64,000 nt of DNA from an uncultured Gemmatimonadales bacterium (GTDB taxonomy: Bacteria; Gemmatimonadota; Gemmatimonadetes; Gemmatimonadales; Gemmatimonadaceae). The stretch is from assembly GCA_963701965.1 (NCBI GenBank), contig OY969695.1, forward strand, positions 2,272,001 through 2,336,000, in the 5' to 3' direction. Position numbers and translations under genes: made by a program. Each line of letters opens with the position of its first letter. The stretch's first letter is position 1. This document shows positions 9,701-19,271 of the stretch, one piece after another. The notes beneath the pieces are model-generated. The model worked only from the letters and a program-made list of their open reading frames with translations. It did not search any database and had not been told where the DNA came from.

Positions 9701-10092
9701 GCACGACCGGTCTCTCCCTCAACGGCCACCCCATGATCCACCTGCGCGCGACGATCCGGCCCAATGGGATTCGCACGGCCCTGGACATCGTGACGCACGG
9801 GCGGGACGGCGAACGGATCGCGGCGGCGGGGCTCGTCATCTGCCGCCAGCGGCCGGGCACGGCGAAGGGATTCGTCTTTCTGACGCTCGAAGACGAAACG
9901 GGCACCCTCAACGTGGTCGTCACGCCGAAACGCTTCGAGCGCCACGCGCTCGTGATCTCGCGGACGCCACTGCTTTTGGTGCGGGGCACACTGCAGGTGG
10001 AAGAGGGGGTCGTGAACCTGCGGGCCGACACGTTCAAGGTCCTCGACGCCCCGGTGGGCGCCGAGCACGCCCAGCGCCACGACTTTCACTAG
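6783..10092 (+). CDS. dnaE2: Error-prone DNA polymerase III alpha DnaE2 (ImuC); one extra base near 7393 (probable sequencing error)
   Basis: PHP domain YVELHCHSAFSLLDGAS...TNDVHY; GRGSAANSAVCYCLGIT, PPDIDLDF, HRSIHVGG, YGFPESHA, RQRPGTAKG; C-terminal HDFH typical of DnaE2; removing one A joins RIVQDVLSCLRH. Confidence 0.92.
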
Positions 10093-10330
10093 CCGCCGCC
10101 GACTCCCGATCCACGATCGTCCCGAACTGGGTCCACGACACGTTCATCGCGGACAGCAACTGATCGATTTTCACCGCGGTCGGATTGAACACGCCCCGTT
10201 CGATTCGGCTGATATACGCGCGCGCGACACCCGCGGTCGCCGCCAGGCGTTCTTGAGACACGCCGGCCTCCTCGCGAACGACGCGAATCGCTTTCGCCAG
10301 AATCGCCGAGGTCACGGCACGCGGGCGCAC
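10089..10330 (-). CDS. XRE/Cro-family HTH regulator (RM controller C-protein-like)
   Basis: IRVVREEAGVSQERLAATAGVARAYISRIERG..NPT HTH_3 pattern. Track ORF 10034..10330 suggests the true stop is at 10034, overlapping the dnaE2 end, so the 3' coordinate is uncertain. Confidence 0.8.
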
Positions 10331-10381
10331 GCTGCGTATTAATTCGGCCGCCGATCACGCGTCAGCGTCGTATGCGGCCAC

Positions 10382-10427
10382 GCCTTATAGAGCCCTTGCC
10401 TTATAAGGCCACGGGTGAAAACTCACC
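10382..10427. promoter_or_regulatory. Tandem TATA-centred operator boxes upstream of the XRE gene
   Basis: GCCTTATAGAGC (10382-10393), perfect palindrome GCCTTATAAGGC (10398-10409), then GGTGA-AAAC-TCACC. Confidence 0.5.
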
Positions 10428-10624
10428 GTTGTGCCAAGCGGCGTACGCTGGCAAGATGCAGAAAGGCAGACGCCGCGCCGCATGGATTCCCCTCACCAGT
10501 CGAAAAACCAAGACAATGCTCCGACCCTGGCGCACATTGCTCGCCGCCCGTCAGCTCACTGTCACCTTCACATTCGTAGTCGGCGTCCGCTTCCGGCGCA
10601 TCGGCCGTCGGAAGCGAAGAAACC

Positions 10625-11614
10625 CTACCGCGGCGACACGGCCTGCGCGCGCGGGGGTGAGGTGCGCCAGGTGAGCGACCAGCGGCGCTCCGCGCCCGGC
10701 GCGAGCCACCCGGCGCTGTCCCACGGCTGCAGCAACGCGTTCGTGAGCGAGTCCGGCGCGCCAATGCAGGGCGCGAGGGAGAGCGTCGTCGACGGTTTGG
10801 TCCGCCGGGTCGCGCTCCAGCCGCGCCGATTGAGCCAGAGCGCCACATAGGGCGCCTCGGCCGCATCGAAGACGGCCTCCAGGCGCGCGCCGCCCTGCTC
10901 CACCCCCACGACGACCGGCCCCGCGGGCATCGTCAGAAAGAGCTTGCAGGCGTAACTCTTGGCCACGGCATCCGGCCAGGAGAGGTCGGCGATCTTTTTC
11001 TCCAGGCGCGCCCGCGGCCAGCGAAATTCGTCGGACATGCCGCTGGCGTCGCCGTAGCGGCCATCCGCGCGCACGAGTGCACCGGCCGGCAGATCGAGCC
11101 ACGTGTCCTGCGTGAGCGACAGGATGGGCTGCGCGGACCAGAGGAACGGCATCGGGTCCTCGCTCAGGTTTTGCACCGCGTAGCGCATCAGCACGGTGCC
11201 CGCGGTCGTCACCTGCACGCTGCGCGTGAAGCGGTACGGCATCCGAAACCGGTACGCCATCTTCTTGCCGTCCCACACGCACGTCGCCGCCTGCCCATCG
11301 GCCGGCGTCTCCACGGTCACGTCGGGCCGCGCCGACCACAGCTCGCCGTGATCCGGCAGCTTCACCCCTCCGTATCGCTTGATGCTGCCCGGGATGTCAC
11401 ACGGCGCGACCGTCGGGAAGCACTCGTCGTAGCCTCCCAACTCGCCGGTGTCGCTGTACACCATGGTGTCCGCCGGCGCCGCGGGCGTGACGCCCGGGTT
11501 GGACCACAGCCACTGGCGTCCGCCGATCTCCAGGATGTCGATCTTGCCGCCGAGCGCCGGGACAATGCGCACGCGCGACCCGCCCCCTTGCAGCTCGACG
11601 AACCCGAGATTCAC
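10625..11614 (-). CDS. Galactose mutarotase/aldose 1-epimerase-like protein
   Basis: VPALGGKI, GGYDECFPTV, LPDHGELWS, WLNRRGW; GTGA overlap with ispH stop. Confidence 0.75.
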   Translation of the reverse strand: MNLGFVELQGGGSRVRIVPALGGKIDILEIGGRQWLWSNPGVTPAAPADTMVYSDTGELGGYDECFPTVAPCDIPGSIKRYGGVKLPDHGELWSARPDVTVETPADGQAATCVWDGKKMAYRFRMPYRFTRSVQVTTAGTVLMRYAVQNLSEDPMPFLWSAQPILSLTQDTWLDLPAGALVRADGRYGDASGMSDEFRWPRARLEKKIADLSWPDAVAKSYACKLFLTMPAGPVVVGVEQGGARLEAVFDAAEAPYVALWLNRRGWSATRRTKPSTTLSLAPCIGAPDSLTNALLQPWDSAGWLAPGAERRWSLTWRTSPPRAQAVSPR

Positions 11615-12828
11615 CGGGCCTCTTCGACCGTGATCCCTCGTGTGGCGAACACGCGCGCCACGGCCTCGCCGATCTTGTTGTTCGGCGTGCTCGCTCCCGC
11701 GGTAATGCCCACGCGGACCGGCCGGTTCTCCGGCAACCATCCGGTGGTCTCGATCTCGTCGTGGGCGCCCGCCGGCCGGTGGCGGATCGTGCCGGCCGCG
11801 ACGTCGAGACAGCACGCGTCCTCGACGTGATACGTCGCCACCTTGGCCGCGCAGATCGCCGCCAGGGACAGCGTGTTGCTCGAGTTGTACCCGCCCACCA
11901 CCAGCATCACGTCCAGCGGCTCGGCCAGCAACGCCTCGACGGCGTCCTGCCGGTCCTGCGTCGCGCTGCAGATCGTGTCGAACGTCCGAAAGTTCTCCGT
12001 CCGGTACGCCGCGCCGCGCGCCCGCGCCATCGCCGCGCCAATCTCCTCGCCGATCGCCAGGGACTCGCGCGCCAACATGGTCGTCTGGTTCGCCACGCCA
12101 ATGCGGGCCAGGTCGCGGTCCGGATCGAACGCCGGCAATGCCGCGCGCGCGAACTGCGTCAGGAACGCCGCCCGGTCGCCGCGGCCCTCAATGTAGTCGC
12201 AGACGATCCGGGCCTCGTCCATGTCGCGGACCACGAGGTAGTGCCGTCCGCTGTACTTCTCCACCTGCGACGCGGTGGCCCGCGTCTCCTCGTGGTAGTA
12301 CTTGCCGTGGATGAGCGCCGTGAACCCGTCCCGGGCGTAAGAATCGACGCGCTTCCAGACGTTCAGCACCGACCCGCACGTGGTGTCGACCATCACGACG
12401 CCTTTTTGTCGCAGCGTCTCGAAGTCCTGCATGGTGACGCCGAACGCCGGCAGGATCACCACGTCATGCGCGTCGACCGCCCGGAAATCGAATCCCTCGA
12501 GTCCCGGTGACAGGAACTCGATCCCCATCTCCCGCATCTTCGCGTTCACGTGCGGGTTGTGGATGATCTCGCCCGCCAGGAAAATCCGCCGGTCGGGAAA
12601 TTTCGTGCGCGTCTGATAGGCGTATTCGACGGCCCGCTCGACGCCATAGCAGAACCCGAACTCGCGCGCCAGCCGGACGGTGACATCGCCGGCCGTCAGC
12701 GTATAGTCGTTCGCCCGCAGGAGGTCGACCAACCGCCCCGAGTAGTCCGCCGTCAGCGAATCCTGCACCTCGGACTTGAGGCCGAAGCCCTTGCGGTAGT
12801 ACGTCGGGGAGACGTCGGAGGCGGGCAT
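11611..12828 (-). CDS. ispH: 4-hydroxy-3-methylbut-2-enyl diphosphate reductase
   Basis: FGFCYGVERA, IIHNPHV, DTTC, HEET, NQTT, TICSATQDRQ, SSNT, GITAGASTP. Confidence 0.95.
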   Translation of the reverse strand: MPASDVSPTYYRKGFGLKSEVQDSLTADYSGRLVDLLRANDYTLTAGDVTVRLAREFGFCYGVERAVEYAYQTRTKFPDRRIFLAGEIIHNPHVNAKMREMGIEFLSPGLEGFDFRAVDAHDVVILPAFGVTMQDFETLRQKGVVMVDTTCGSVLNVWKRVDSYARDGFTALIHGKYYHEETRATASQVEKYSGRHYLVVRDMDEARIVCDYIEGRGDRAAFLTQFARAALPAFDPDRDLARIGVANQTTMLARESLAIGEEIGAAMARARGAAYRTENFRTFDTICSATQDRQDAVEALLAEPLDVMLVVGGYNSSNTLSLAAICAAKVATYHVEDACCLDVAAGTIRHRPAGAHDEIETTGWLPENRPVRVGITAGASTPNNKIGEAVARVFATRGITVEEAR

Positions 12829-12847
12829 GCCCAAATCTAGCGGACGA

Positions 12848-13489
12848 TCACTGCGTCGGCGTCAGTTGCACGCCGTTGACATTGCCAATGCCCATGGAGA
12901 TGTAGGGCGGGAAGTTGGCGCTCCACTGGACGTTGACCTTGGTGCAACCCCCGGTCGGCACGGTCAGGTGCGAGAGGGGGGTTTTGACGCACAGGCCGCG
13001 GGCGACAACGTCCTTCACTACCACCGTCGCGGTGCTGTCGACAAGAGCGCTCGCCACCGTATCCGGGTAGAAGACCACCGACGTCCGTAGGGTATCACCC
13101 GACGCCTTCTTCTCGAACGTCATCGTCGCCTCGATGAAGCTCGTGGGGTTGAGCGCCCCCGACCACGCCGCCAGGACATACGACGAGTCGATCGTCACGC
13201 CGCCAGGACCCGCGACCGGGATGACGCTGGCAATGGTTACGGCCTCGTAGACGGTCTGGGTCCCTTCGACGTTGATCTGGATGATCCCCGGCACGACGCC
13301 GAGCGCGACGGCATCGTCGATCGTCTGGAGCCACGCGATGCGGTGATTCCCCGCCGACATCGATCCGGCCAGCGAGTCGAAATGGAGCGCCAGCTGGGCG
13401 CTCGTCTGGGCCGGGGTCGACGACGGGGCCACCGTCTGGTCGCTGCAAGCCGCCAGCAGTAGCACAGCGGGGAACAAGCGTCGCTTCAT
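12848..13489 (-). CDS. Hypothetical lipoprotein (paralogue 3 of a tandem trio)
   Basis: MKRRLFPAVLLLAAC lipobox; LALHFDSLA, GVVP, DSSYVLAAW; C-terminal Cys pair. Confidence 0.75.
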   Translation of the reverse strand: MKRRLFPAVLLLAACSDQTVAPSSTPAQTSAQLALHFDSLAGSMSAGNHRIAWLQTIDDAVALGVVPGIIQINVEGTQTVYEAVTIASVIPVAGPGGVTIDSSYVLAAWSGALNPTSFIEATMTFEKKASGDTLRTSVVFYPDTVASALVDSTATVVVKDVVARGLCVKTPLSHLTVPTGGCTKVNVQWSANFPPYISMGIGNVNGVQLTPTQ

Positions 13490-13490
13490 G

Positions 13491-14195
13491 TCATCGCTCC
13501 GCAATGCGCAGAGTGCCTTGCCCCGTGGCTCCGGCCGCGCCGAGGTCGAGCCGGACGCCGGGGATCGGTTGAGTCGGCATGTCGAGGCGCGCCGCCGGGT
13601 CGGTTGATGTCCTCTGGCGCAGGCGGACGCTGAACGACCACGTCGTGGCCTGCCGCGCGCAACGCACGCCCGAACCAAACGGGTCCGCGTGGAGCGGCGT
13701 AAAGGGGCATCCGGTGCGGAGGTCCGCGCGGGCGACGCTGATGGTGCCCGAATCGGACACGAGCAGGCCGCTGCCGTCGGGCGTGTAGGTCACCGTGCCC
13801 GCCGCGGCTCCGCCGGCGGTCGGACGGGCGCTCACCGTCGCCAGGATGAACGCGGACGGCTCCCACCCATCCCATGCCACGGCGACGAACTGCGAGTCGC
13901 GAGGTCCCACGACGCCCTCGTAGGCCAGCGCGTCGAACTGTCGCGTCACCCCATCGGCCACGATGGCCACTGGCACGGGGCGGACGCCACGGGCGAGACC
14001 AACCGTGATCTCGCGGAGGTAGTCCGCCCGCATGCCTTGGCCGGCGGCCGAGGCCCGGATAGCGAGGCTGTCGTAGTGCATGGCGAGCGCACTCGCTCTC
14101 GGTCCCGTCGGTGCCGTTCCGGCGCAGGCACCGAGCAGGGAGGCAACGGCCGCCGGCGCGACCACCAGGCGGCGAAACCGACGAGCGCCATGCAT
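13491..14195 (-). CDS. Hypothetical lipoprotein (paralogue 2)
   Basis: LLGAC lipobox; LAMHYDSLA, GVRP, DSQFVAVAW; Cys pair. Confidence 0.72.
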   Translation of the reverse strand: MHGARRFRRLVVAPAAVASLLGACAGTAPTGPRASALAMHYDSLAIRASAAGQGMRADYLREITVGLARGVRPVPVAIVADGVTRQFDALAYEGVVGPRDSQFVAVAWDGWEPSAFILATVSARPTAGGAAAGTVTYTPDGSGLLVSDSGTISVARADLRTGCPFTPLHADPFGSGVRCARQATTWSFSVRLRQRTSTDPAARLDMPTQPIPGVRLDLGAAGATGQGTLRIAER

Positions 14196-14205
14196 CCGAC
14201 CGAAT

Positions 14206-14898
14206 CTAGCGTATCACCAGTGGCCCGGGCGACCCGCCGTTCGGCAGGCTCAAGGTTTCGAGACCAGGAAACCGGAAACCAAACTGCCATTCGAGCAACG
14301 CGCCCGCGCACTGCGACGCGTTCGAATCGTTGCCCTCCGAGGGGATCGTCGTGAACACGCACGGGGACCCGACCGCACCGAATTGCGCCGTCACCGCCCC
14401 GGAGTCGGCGCGCACGACCTTCGTGCCGATAATCGACACCGCCTGCACGCCGCCGGTATCGGCGTCGAGGCCGAGGACGTTGAGCTGCGGCGCGATCGGC
14501 GGGGCGATGCCCTGCACGTCGCCGACCACGGCCACGATCATGGTGTCGGCGGGGATGTCTTTCCACGCGGTGAAGACCAGGACCGAATCCACGATGCTGT
14601 CGGCACCCGACGGCTCGGTGACCACCTTCGCCATACTCCACGAGAGGGCGTGGTAGGTGTCACCCAACGGCGACTTCGAGCTGAAGACCAGGGTGATCGG
14701 GTCCACGCCGTCGACGACGGCCCGGAGCGCCAACTTGACCCCGGCCGCGCGGGCGAGTTGTCCGGCCGCCGTGGCCGCCGTGGCCACCGAATCGAGGAAG
14801 CTGGCCAGCTTGGTATCGGCATGAGCCGGGGGGATGGTCGTGTCCTGGCAGGCAGCCAGCGCGACCGCGGTGATGAGTCCTAAACAATGAAGGCGCAT
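14206..14898 (-). CDS. Hypothetical lipoprotein (paralogue 1)
   Basis: MRLHCLGLITAVALAAC lipobox; LASFLDSVA, GVDP, DSVLVFTAW; Cys pair. Confidence 0.72.
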   Translation of the reverse strand: MRLHCLGLITAVALAACQDTTIPPAHADTKLASFLDSVATAATAAGQLARAAGVKLALRAVVDGVDPITLVFSSKSPLGDTYHALSWSMAKVVTEPSGADSIVDSVLVFTAWKDIPADTMIVAVVGDVQGIAPPIAPQLNVLGLDADTGGVQAVSIIGTKVVRADSGAVTAQFGAVGSPCVFTTIPSEGNDSNASQCAGALLEWQFGFRFPGLETLSLPNGGSPGPLVIR

Positions 14899-14976
14899 AT
14901 AGTTCTGTAAAACATATGGATAGGCTCGTTCCTCCGCCACTATGGACACCCCGCGCCTGAGCGTACGTTTCGGCCA

Positions 14977-15969
14977 ATGCGTGAGGACGAAGGCGAAGGC
15001 CGGCCGGAGCTGCTCCGCCCGCCCGCGTTGTGCAAGGGCGATGCGATCGGGGTCGTGGCTCCCTCGTACGCTCCCCGGCCGGGATGGCTCTCGCGCGGCG
15101 TCAAAGCGTTGGAACGCGCCGGCTATCCCGTGGTCTTGGACTCGGAGTTGGCCACCCTACGCCGGTTCCAGCGCGCCGAAGACGAGCGGCGGGCCGAGAA
15201 CTTCATGGGCATGTGGCTCGACCCCAGGGTCAAGGCCGTTATCGGCGGGACCGGCGGCTACGGCGCCGTCCGCATGCTCCCGCACCTGGAGCCCGAGATC
15301 TTTCGCCTCAACCCCAAGAGTTTCGTCGGCTATTCGGACGTGACGGCGTTGCACCTGTGGCTCATGCGTCGCGCGAATCTGCGCGTGTTCCATGGGCCGA
15401 CCGTCGACGACTTGATCCCCAGCGTGCGCGATCCGACCATGTCGTCCTTGCTGGCGGCGCTCACGGTGCCGAGGCCGGCCACGCGCATCGGGCGCGACGT
15501 CGCCCGGGTCGTCCGTCCGGGGCGGGCCGTCGGGCGCCTCACGGGAGGCAACCTGTCACTGGTCCAGCAGTCGATTGGCACACCGTACGAGATCGACACC
15601 CGCGGGGCGATCCTCTTTTTGGAAGAGACCCGGGAGCCGATGTCGGTCGCCGACGAGCGTCTCGTGCACCTGCGGGCGGCGGGCCTCATGCGGAATGTGC
15701 GGGGCGTCGTGTTCGGCCAACTCTCGCTCGACCGATCCGAGGAAGACGAATTCGAGGACTTTCTCACGGATCTGGTGTCGGATCTCGACGTGCCGATCAT
15801 CACCGATTTTCCCTCCGGGCATGAGATTCCGAATCTCACGCTGCCGCTGGGCACGGAAGTGGAGTTGGTGGCCGAGGAGCACACCGGTTGGTTGGTGTAC
15901 CGCGAGGACGCCTTGATCGCGCCCGCGACGCCCGCTATCGTCGGGGCGGCGGCATCGGCTGCCGACTGA
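14977..15969 (+). CDS. LD-carboxypeptidase, peptidase S66 family
   Basis: GGYGA, GYSDVT (catalytic Ser), GGNL, LFLEE, GHE..N.TLPLG. Confidence 0.9.
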   Translation: MREDEGEGRPELLRPPALCKGDAIGVVAPSYAPRPGWLSRGVKALERAGYPVVLDSELATLRRFQRAEDERRAENFMGMWLDPRVKAVIGGTGGYGAVRMLPHLEPEIFRLNPKSFVGYSDVTALHLWLMRRANLRVFHGPTVDDLIPSVRDPTMSSLLAALTVPRPATRIGRDVARVVRPGRAVGRLTGGNLSLVQQSIGTPYEIDTRGAILFLEETREPMSVADERLVHLRAAGLMRNVRGVVFGQLSLDRSEEDEFEDFLTDLVSDLDVPIITDFPSGHEIPNLTLPLGTEVELVAEEHTGWLVYREDALIAPATPAIVGAAASAAD

Positions 15970-15971
15970 GC

Positions 15972-16577
15972 ATGCACACACGGCTGTGGCTCGACTTCGT
16001 CAATACGGACAATGCACGGCGGGGTACCGGCGCCGACGTGCTGGGTGACTTCGCGACCTTCTTGGCCTGGCTGGCCGCGGCGGGAGCGCTCGACTCGGAT
16101 CGCGTGTCCGGTATCCTGCGGCGCGCCGAGCAGCAGCCCGCGGGCGCGGGCGCGGTGTTGGCGGACGCGCGGCGGGTACGGGTGGCGTTGCGCGTGCTCG
16201 CCGAGTGCGGCGCGCAGGTGGAGCGGGCGCGCCTCGACGCGCTCGCCGAGATCAACCGCGTGCTCGGGCGGAGCGCCGGCACCCGGCGCATCGATCTCCG
16301 CGGGGACGGGCGCTTCGTGCGGACGTTTGCGCCGGTCGGCGACGCATTTGCCGGCCTCATGATCCCGGTGGTCGATTCCGCCGGCGACGCGCTCGTCACT
16401 GGCGAGCTGGTTCGCGTGCGCCGGTGCGTCGGCGCCCGGTGCACGCGCGTATTCCTCGATGTCACCAAGAACGGGCGCCGCCGGTGGTGCGACATGGCCA
16501 CGTGCGGGAACCGCGCCAAGGCGGCGCGGCACCGCGAGCGCGTGCGCGAGCGCGTCGTCGACTCGGAGTTGGCGTAA
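15972..16577 (+). CDS. ABATE/CGNR zinc-finger protein
   Basis: LDFVNT N-terminus; RRC...C..VFLD.TKNGRRRWCDMATCGNRAKA. Confidence 0.9.
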   Translation: MHTRLWLDFVNTDNARRGTGADVLGDFATFLAWLAAAGALDSDRVSGILRRAEQQPAGAGAVLADARRVRVALRVLAECGAQVERARLDALAEINRVLGRSAGTRRIDLRGDGRFVRTFAPVGDAFAGLMIPVVDSAGDALVTGELVRVRRCVGARCTRVFLDVTKNGRRRWCDMATCGNRAKAARHRERVRERVVDSELA

Positions 16578-16578
16578 C

Positions 16579-16965
16579 GTGACGCTCGACGCCAGCGATC
16601 TGGCTGCGTCCCTCACCGTTGGTGATATCCGAAAGAGCCTCGCGTGGTACCGCGACGTCCTGGGTTTCACGGTCCATCAGGAGCACGCGCGCAACGGGAC
16701 GCTGCGCGCGGTCTCGCTCCGCGCCGGGGCCGCCCGGATCCTGCTATCGCAGGATGACGGCGCCAAAGGCCCTGACCGGATCAAGGGTCAGGGGATTTCG
16801 TTGCAGCTCACCACGGCGCAGAACATCGACGAGATCGCGCAACGCGTGACGGCACATGGAGCCGTGCTCGACACCGAGCCCACCGACGCCTTCGGGGCGC
16901 GGATGTTTCGCGTGCGCGACCCGGACGGATTCCGCCTGACGATCTCGTCCGGCCGTCCCGGCTAG
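16579..16965 (+). CDS. VOC/glyoxalase family protein
   Basis: SLAWYRDVLGF, FGARMFRVRDPDG. Confidence 0.85.
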   Translation: MTLDASDLAASLTVGDIRKSLAWYRDVLGFTVHQEHARNGTLRAVSLRAGAARILLSQDDGAKGPDRIKGQGISLQLTTAQNIDEIAQRVTAHGAVLDTEPTDAFGARMFRVRDPDGFRLTISSGRPG

Positions 16966-18110
16966 CTCTCCGTTTCCCGAAGATCTATATCGCGTGCGCG
17001 CAGCGCGTCGATGTAGCGGCGCGCCGGCATGCATTCGTCCGGCGTCCACACGCCGGGCTCGCCGACTTGGCCGCACGCCTGGAACTGTCCGGTGATCGCC
17101 AGCGAGTATCCCGTCGTGCGCATCATCGCGCTGATGCCGCGGGCGGCATCGAAGTAGTCCAACAACTCGAACGCGACGCGCTTGGGCGCCCCGTTGGACT
17201 CGCCCTCGACGACGACGCGCAGGGCCACGAGATCTTTGCCCGAGGGTTTCTTGAGGCGCGGTCCCATGGTCGCCACGACCACGTCGCGGGGCACAACTTT
17301 CGTACCCTTCACGTCCACCGGTTGGAGGTCAAGCAGACCCAGATCGCGGATCGCGGCCATGATGTGGGCGTGGCCGGGATAGCGCAGCGTCTTGTACTCC
17401 ATCGTCGGGATCTTGCCTTCGTAGCGGAACGCCATCGTCGAGAGACCGCCGGCGGTGTGAAAGGCCTCCAGCTCGCCGACCGGAGCCGGAAACGCCACGG
17501 GCTCGATCTCGGAGAGGGCCTTCACCTGCTGCCGTTTCCCGCCGCGGACGACCCAGGACAGCGTCGTGTAGTAGTCGAGTACGCCCTCGAGGGAATAGAC
17601 GATCTGATAGTTGAGCGGCGGCTCCGGGTTCTGCGGCAATCCGCCGACGAAGATCTTCACGGAGCGTGGGCGGTCGATCTTCGAGATGCCGTATTGGGCC
17701 AGGATGTTGACCATCCCGGGGGCCACGCCGCAGTCCGGCACCACGGTCACGCCGGCATCTCGCGCCCGGGCGTGCAGTTCCTTTTGCTGAAAGACGATCT
17801 CGGTGTTGCCGCCCAGATCCGCGAAGTGGACCTTGGCCTCGACGGCCAGGCGCGCGAGATCGAGGTTGAAGTAGTACGGGATGGCGCTCATCACGGCGTC
17901 CCCCGTTTGCATGAACGCCCGGACGCCGTTGGTGTCGCGCACGTCGAGGCGCGTCGGGATCAGGCGCTGGCCGACGTAGGGCGCCAGGAACGCGGGAAGA
18001 TGGTCGACATCGACGTCGGCGAGGCGGACTTCGCCGACATCGGGATTTTGGAGCAGATCATAGGCGCACGCGGAACCCTGGAGCCCGGCGCCAAGCACGA
18101 GCATTCGCAT
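16962..18110 (-). CDS. Saccharopine dehydrogenase/lysine 6-dehydrogenase family protein
   Basis: VLGAGLQG, DLGG, DCGVAPG, VGGLPQ, YKTLRYPGH, AMMRTTG. Confidence 0.88.
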   Translation of the reverse strand: MRMLVLGAGLQGSACAYDLLQNPDVGEVRLADVDVDHLPAFLAPYVGQRLIPTRLDVRDTNGVRAFMQTGDAVMSAIPYYFNLDLARLAVEAKVHFADLGGNTEIVFQQKELHARARDAGVTVVPDCGVAPGMVNILAQYGISKIDRPRSVKIFVGGLPQNPEPPLNYQIVYSLEGVLDYYTTLSWVVRGGKRQQVKALSEIEPVAFPAPVGELEAFHTAGGLSTMAFRYEGKIPTMEYKTLRYPGHAHIMAAIRDLGLLDLQPVDVKGTKVVPRDVVVATMGPRLKKPSGKDLVALRVVVEGESNGAPKRVAFELLDYFDAARGISAMMRTTGYSLAITGQFQACGQVGEPGVWTPDECMPARRYIDALRARDIDLRETES

Positions 18111-18133
18111 GGCGCGAAATGTAACCCGGGCGT

Positions 18134-19271
18134 TCAGCCGCCGGTGCCGTCCACTCGATAGATGATGCCGCCGCTGTCGTCGGAGATGAACACCGCGCCG
18201 TCGCGCGCGACGGCGATATCGACGGGGCGCCCCCACCGGGTGCCATCCGGCCGCTGCCACCCCGTGATGAAATCGTCATAGCCGGTGGGCCGGCCGCCGC
18301 TCAGATGCACGCGCACGACCTTCGCGCCCGTTGGCTGATGCCGGTTCCACGACCCATGAAACGCCACGAGGGCATCGCCGCGATACTCGGGCGGCAATTT
18401 CACCGCGTCGCGCAGGAACGCGATGCCGAGCGGCGCCGAGTGCGCCTGAAATCCGAGGACGGGAGGGATCTCCCCCGCGCACCGGGCCGGATCGTGGAAC
18501 TCCGGATTCGCCATGTGATCGCCATAGCAGTACGGCCAACCATAATCCCCGCCATCGCGGAGGATGTCGAGGCGATCCGGCGGCAGATCCTCGTGATCCG
18601 GCTCGAGGTTGTCCCGTTCGTTGACCGTGGCCCAGATCTGCCCGGTGCCGGTGTCGAGCGCCAATCCGACCGCGTTGCGCAGCCCGCGGGCATAGACGTG
18701 TCCGTGGCCGCCGTGCTCGTCGAACCGCATCACCGCCGCGCGCTCCGAATCTTCCTCGACGCACAGGTTGCACGACGAGCCAATGGACACGTACATCGCG
18801 CTGTCGGCGCCGAACACGATCGTGCGCGTCCAGTGGCCGCCACCGCCCGCGTAGTGATTCACGGGCGTGGGCGCGCCGGCGGCGTGCCCGTCGGGTCCCA
18901 CGGTCAATCGCACCACGCCGTCGTTCTCCGCGACGTAGAGCGCGCCGCCGTGAAACGCCAGCCCGTGCGGCTCTTTGAGTCCTGTGGCGACGATAGTGGT
19001 CGGCCCCGCGAGTCCGTGACCCGCGTCGGGAATCCGCACGACCTGTCCCAGCAGCGGCTGCGAGATGTAGAGCGCGCCGTCCGGTCCGACCACCATGAAC
19101 CGCGCGTCGGTCACATGTGCGAACGTCGTGACGTGAATCCCGTCGGGCGCGTGCAGCGCGTCGCCGGGCAAGCGCAGAATGCCGCGACGCCATCCATCCC
19201 CCGACGAACACCGCGCAGGCACTGACGACCGCGCCCACGCGCTGCAGCGCGCCCACGGGGAGCGCGCTCAC
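18134..19271 (-). CDS. PQQ-dependent glucose/sorbosone dehydrogenase family; one extra base near 19166 separates the signal peptide from the body
   Basis: GHWTRT, GSSCNLC, GLRNAVG, YGWPYCY, AHSAPLG, HGSWNR, GRPVD; N-terminal hydrophobic segment in frame 18276..19271 joins as SRHSALAGDALHAP after removing one base. Confidence 0.85.

Noticed and set aside
6783..10092. Programmed frameshift, split gene or intein in dnaE2
   Set aside because: No slippery heptamer or intein motifs; the same GAATG context recurs in unrelated genes, pointing to sequencing error
10372..10674. Small basic ORF(s) divergent from the XRE gene as a confident CDS
   Set aside because: No recognisable motif or SD, and overlaps the 3' end of the epimerase-like gene; kept only as a possibility within a finding
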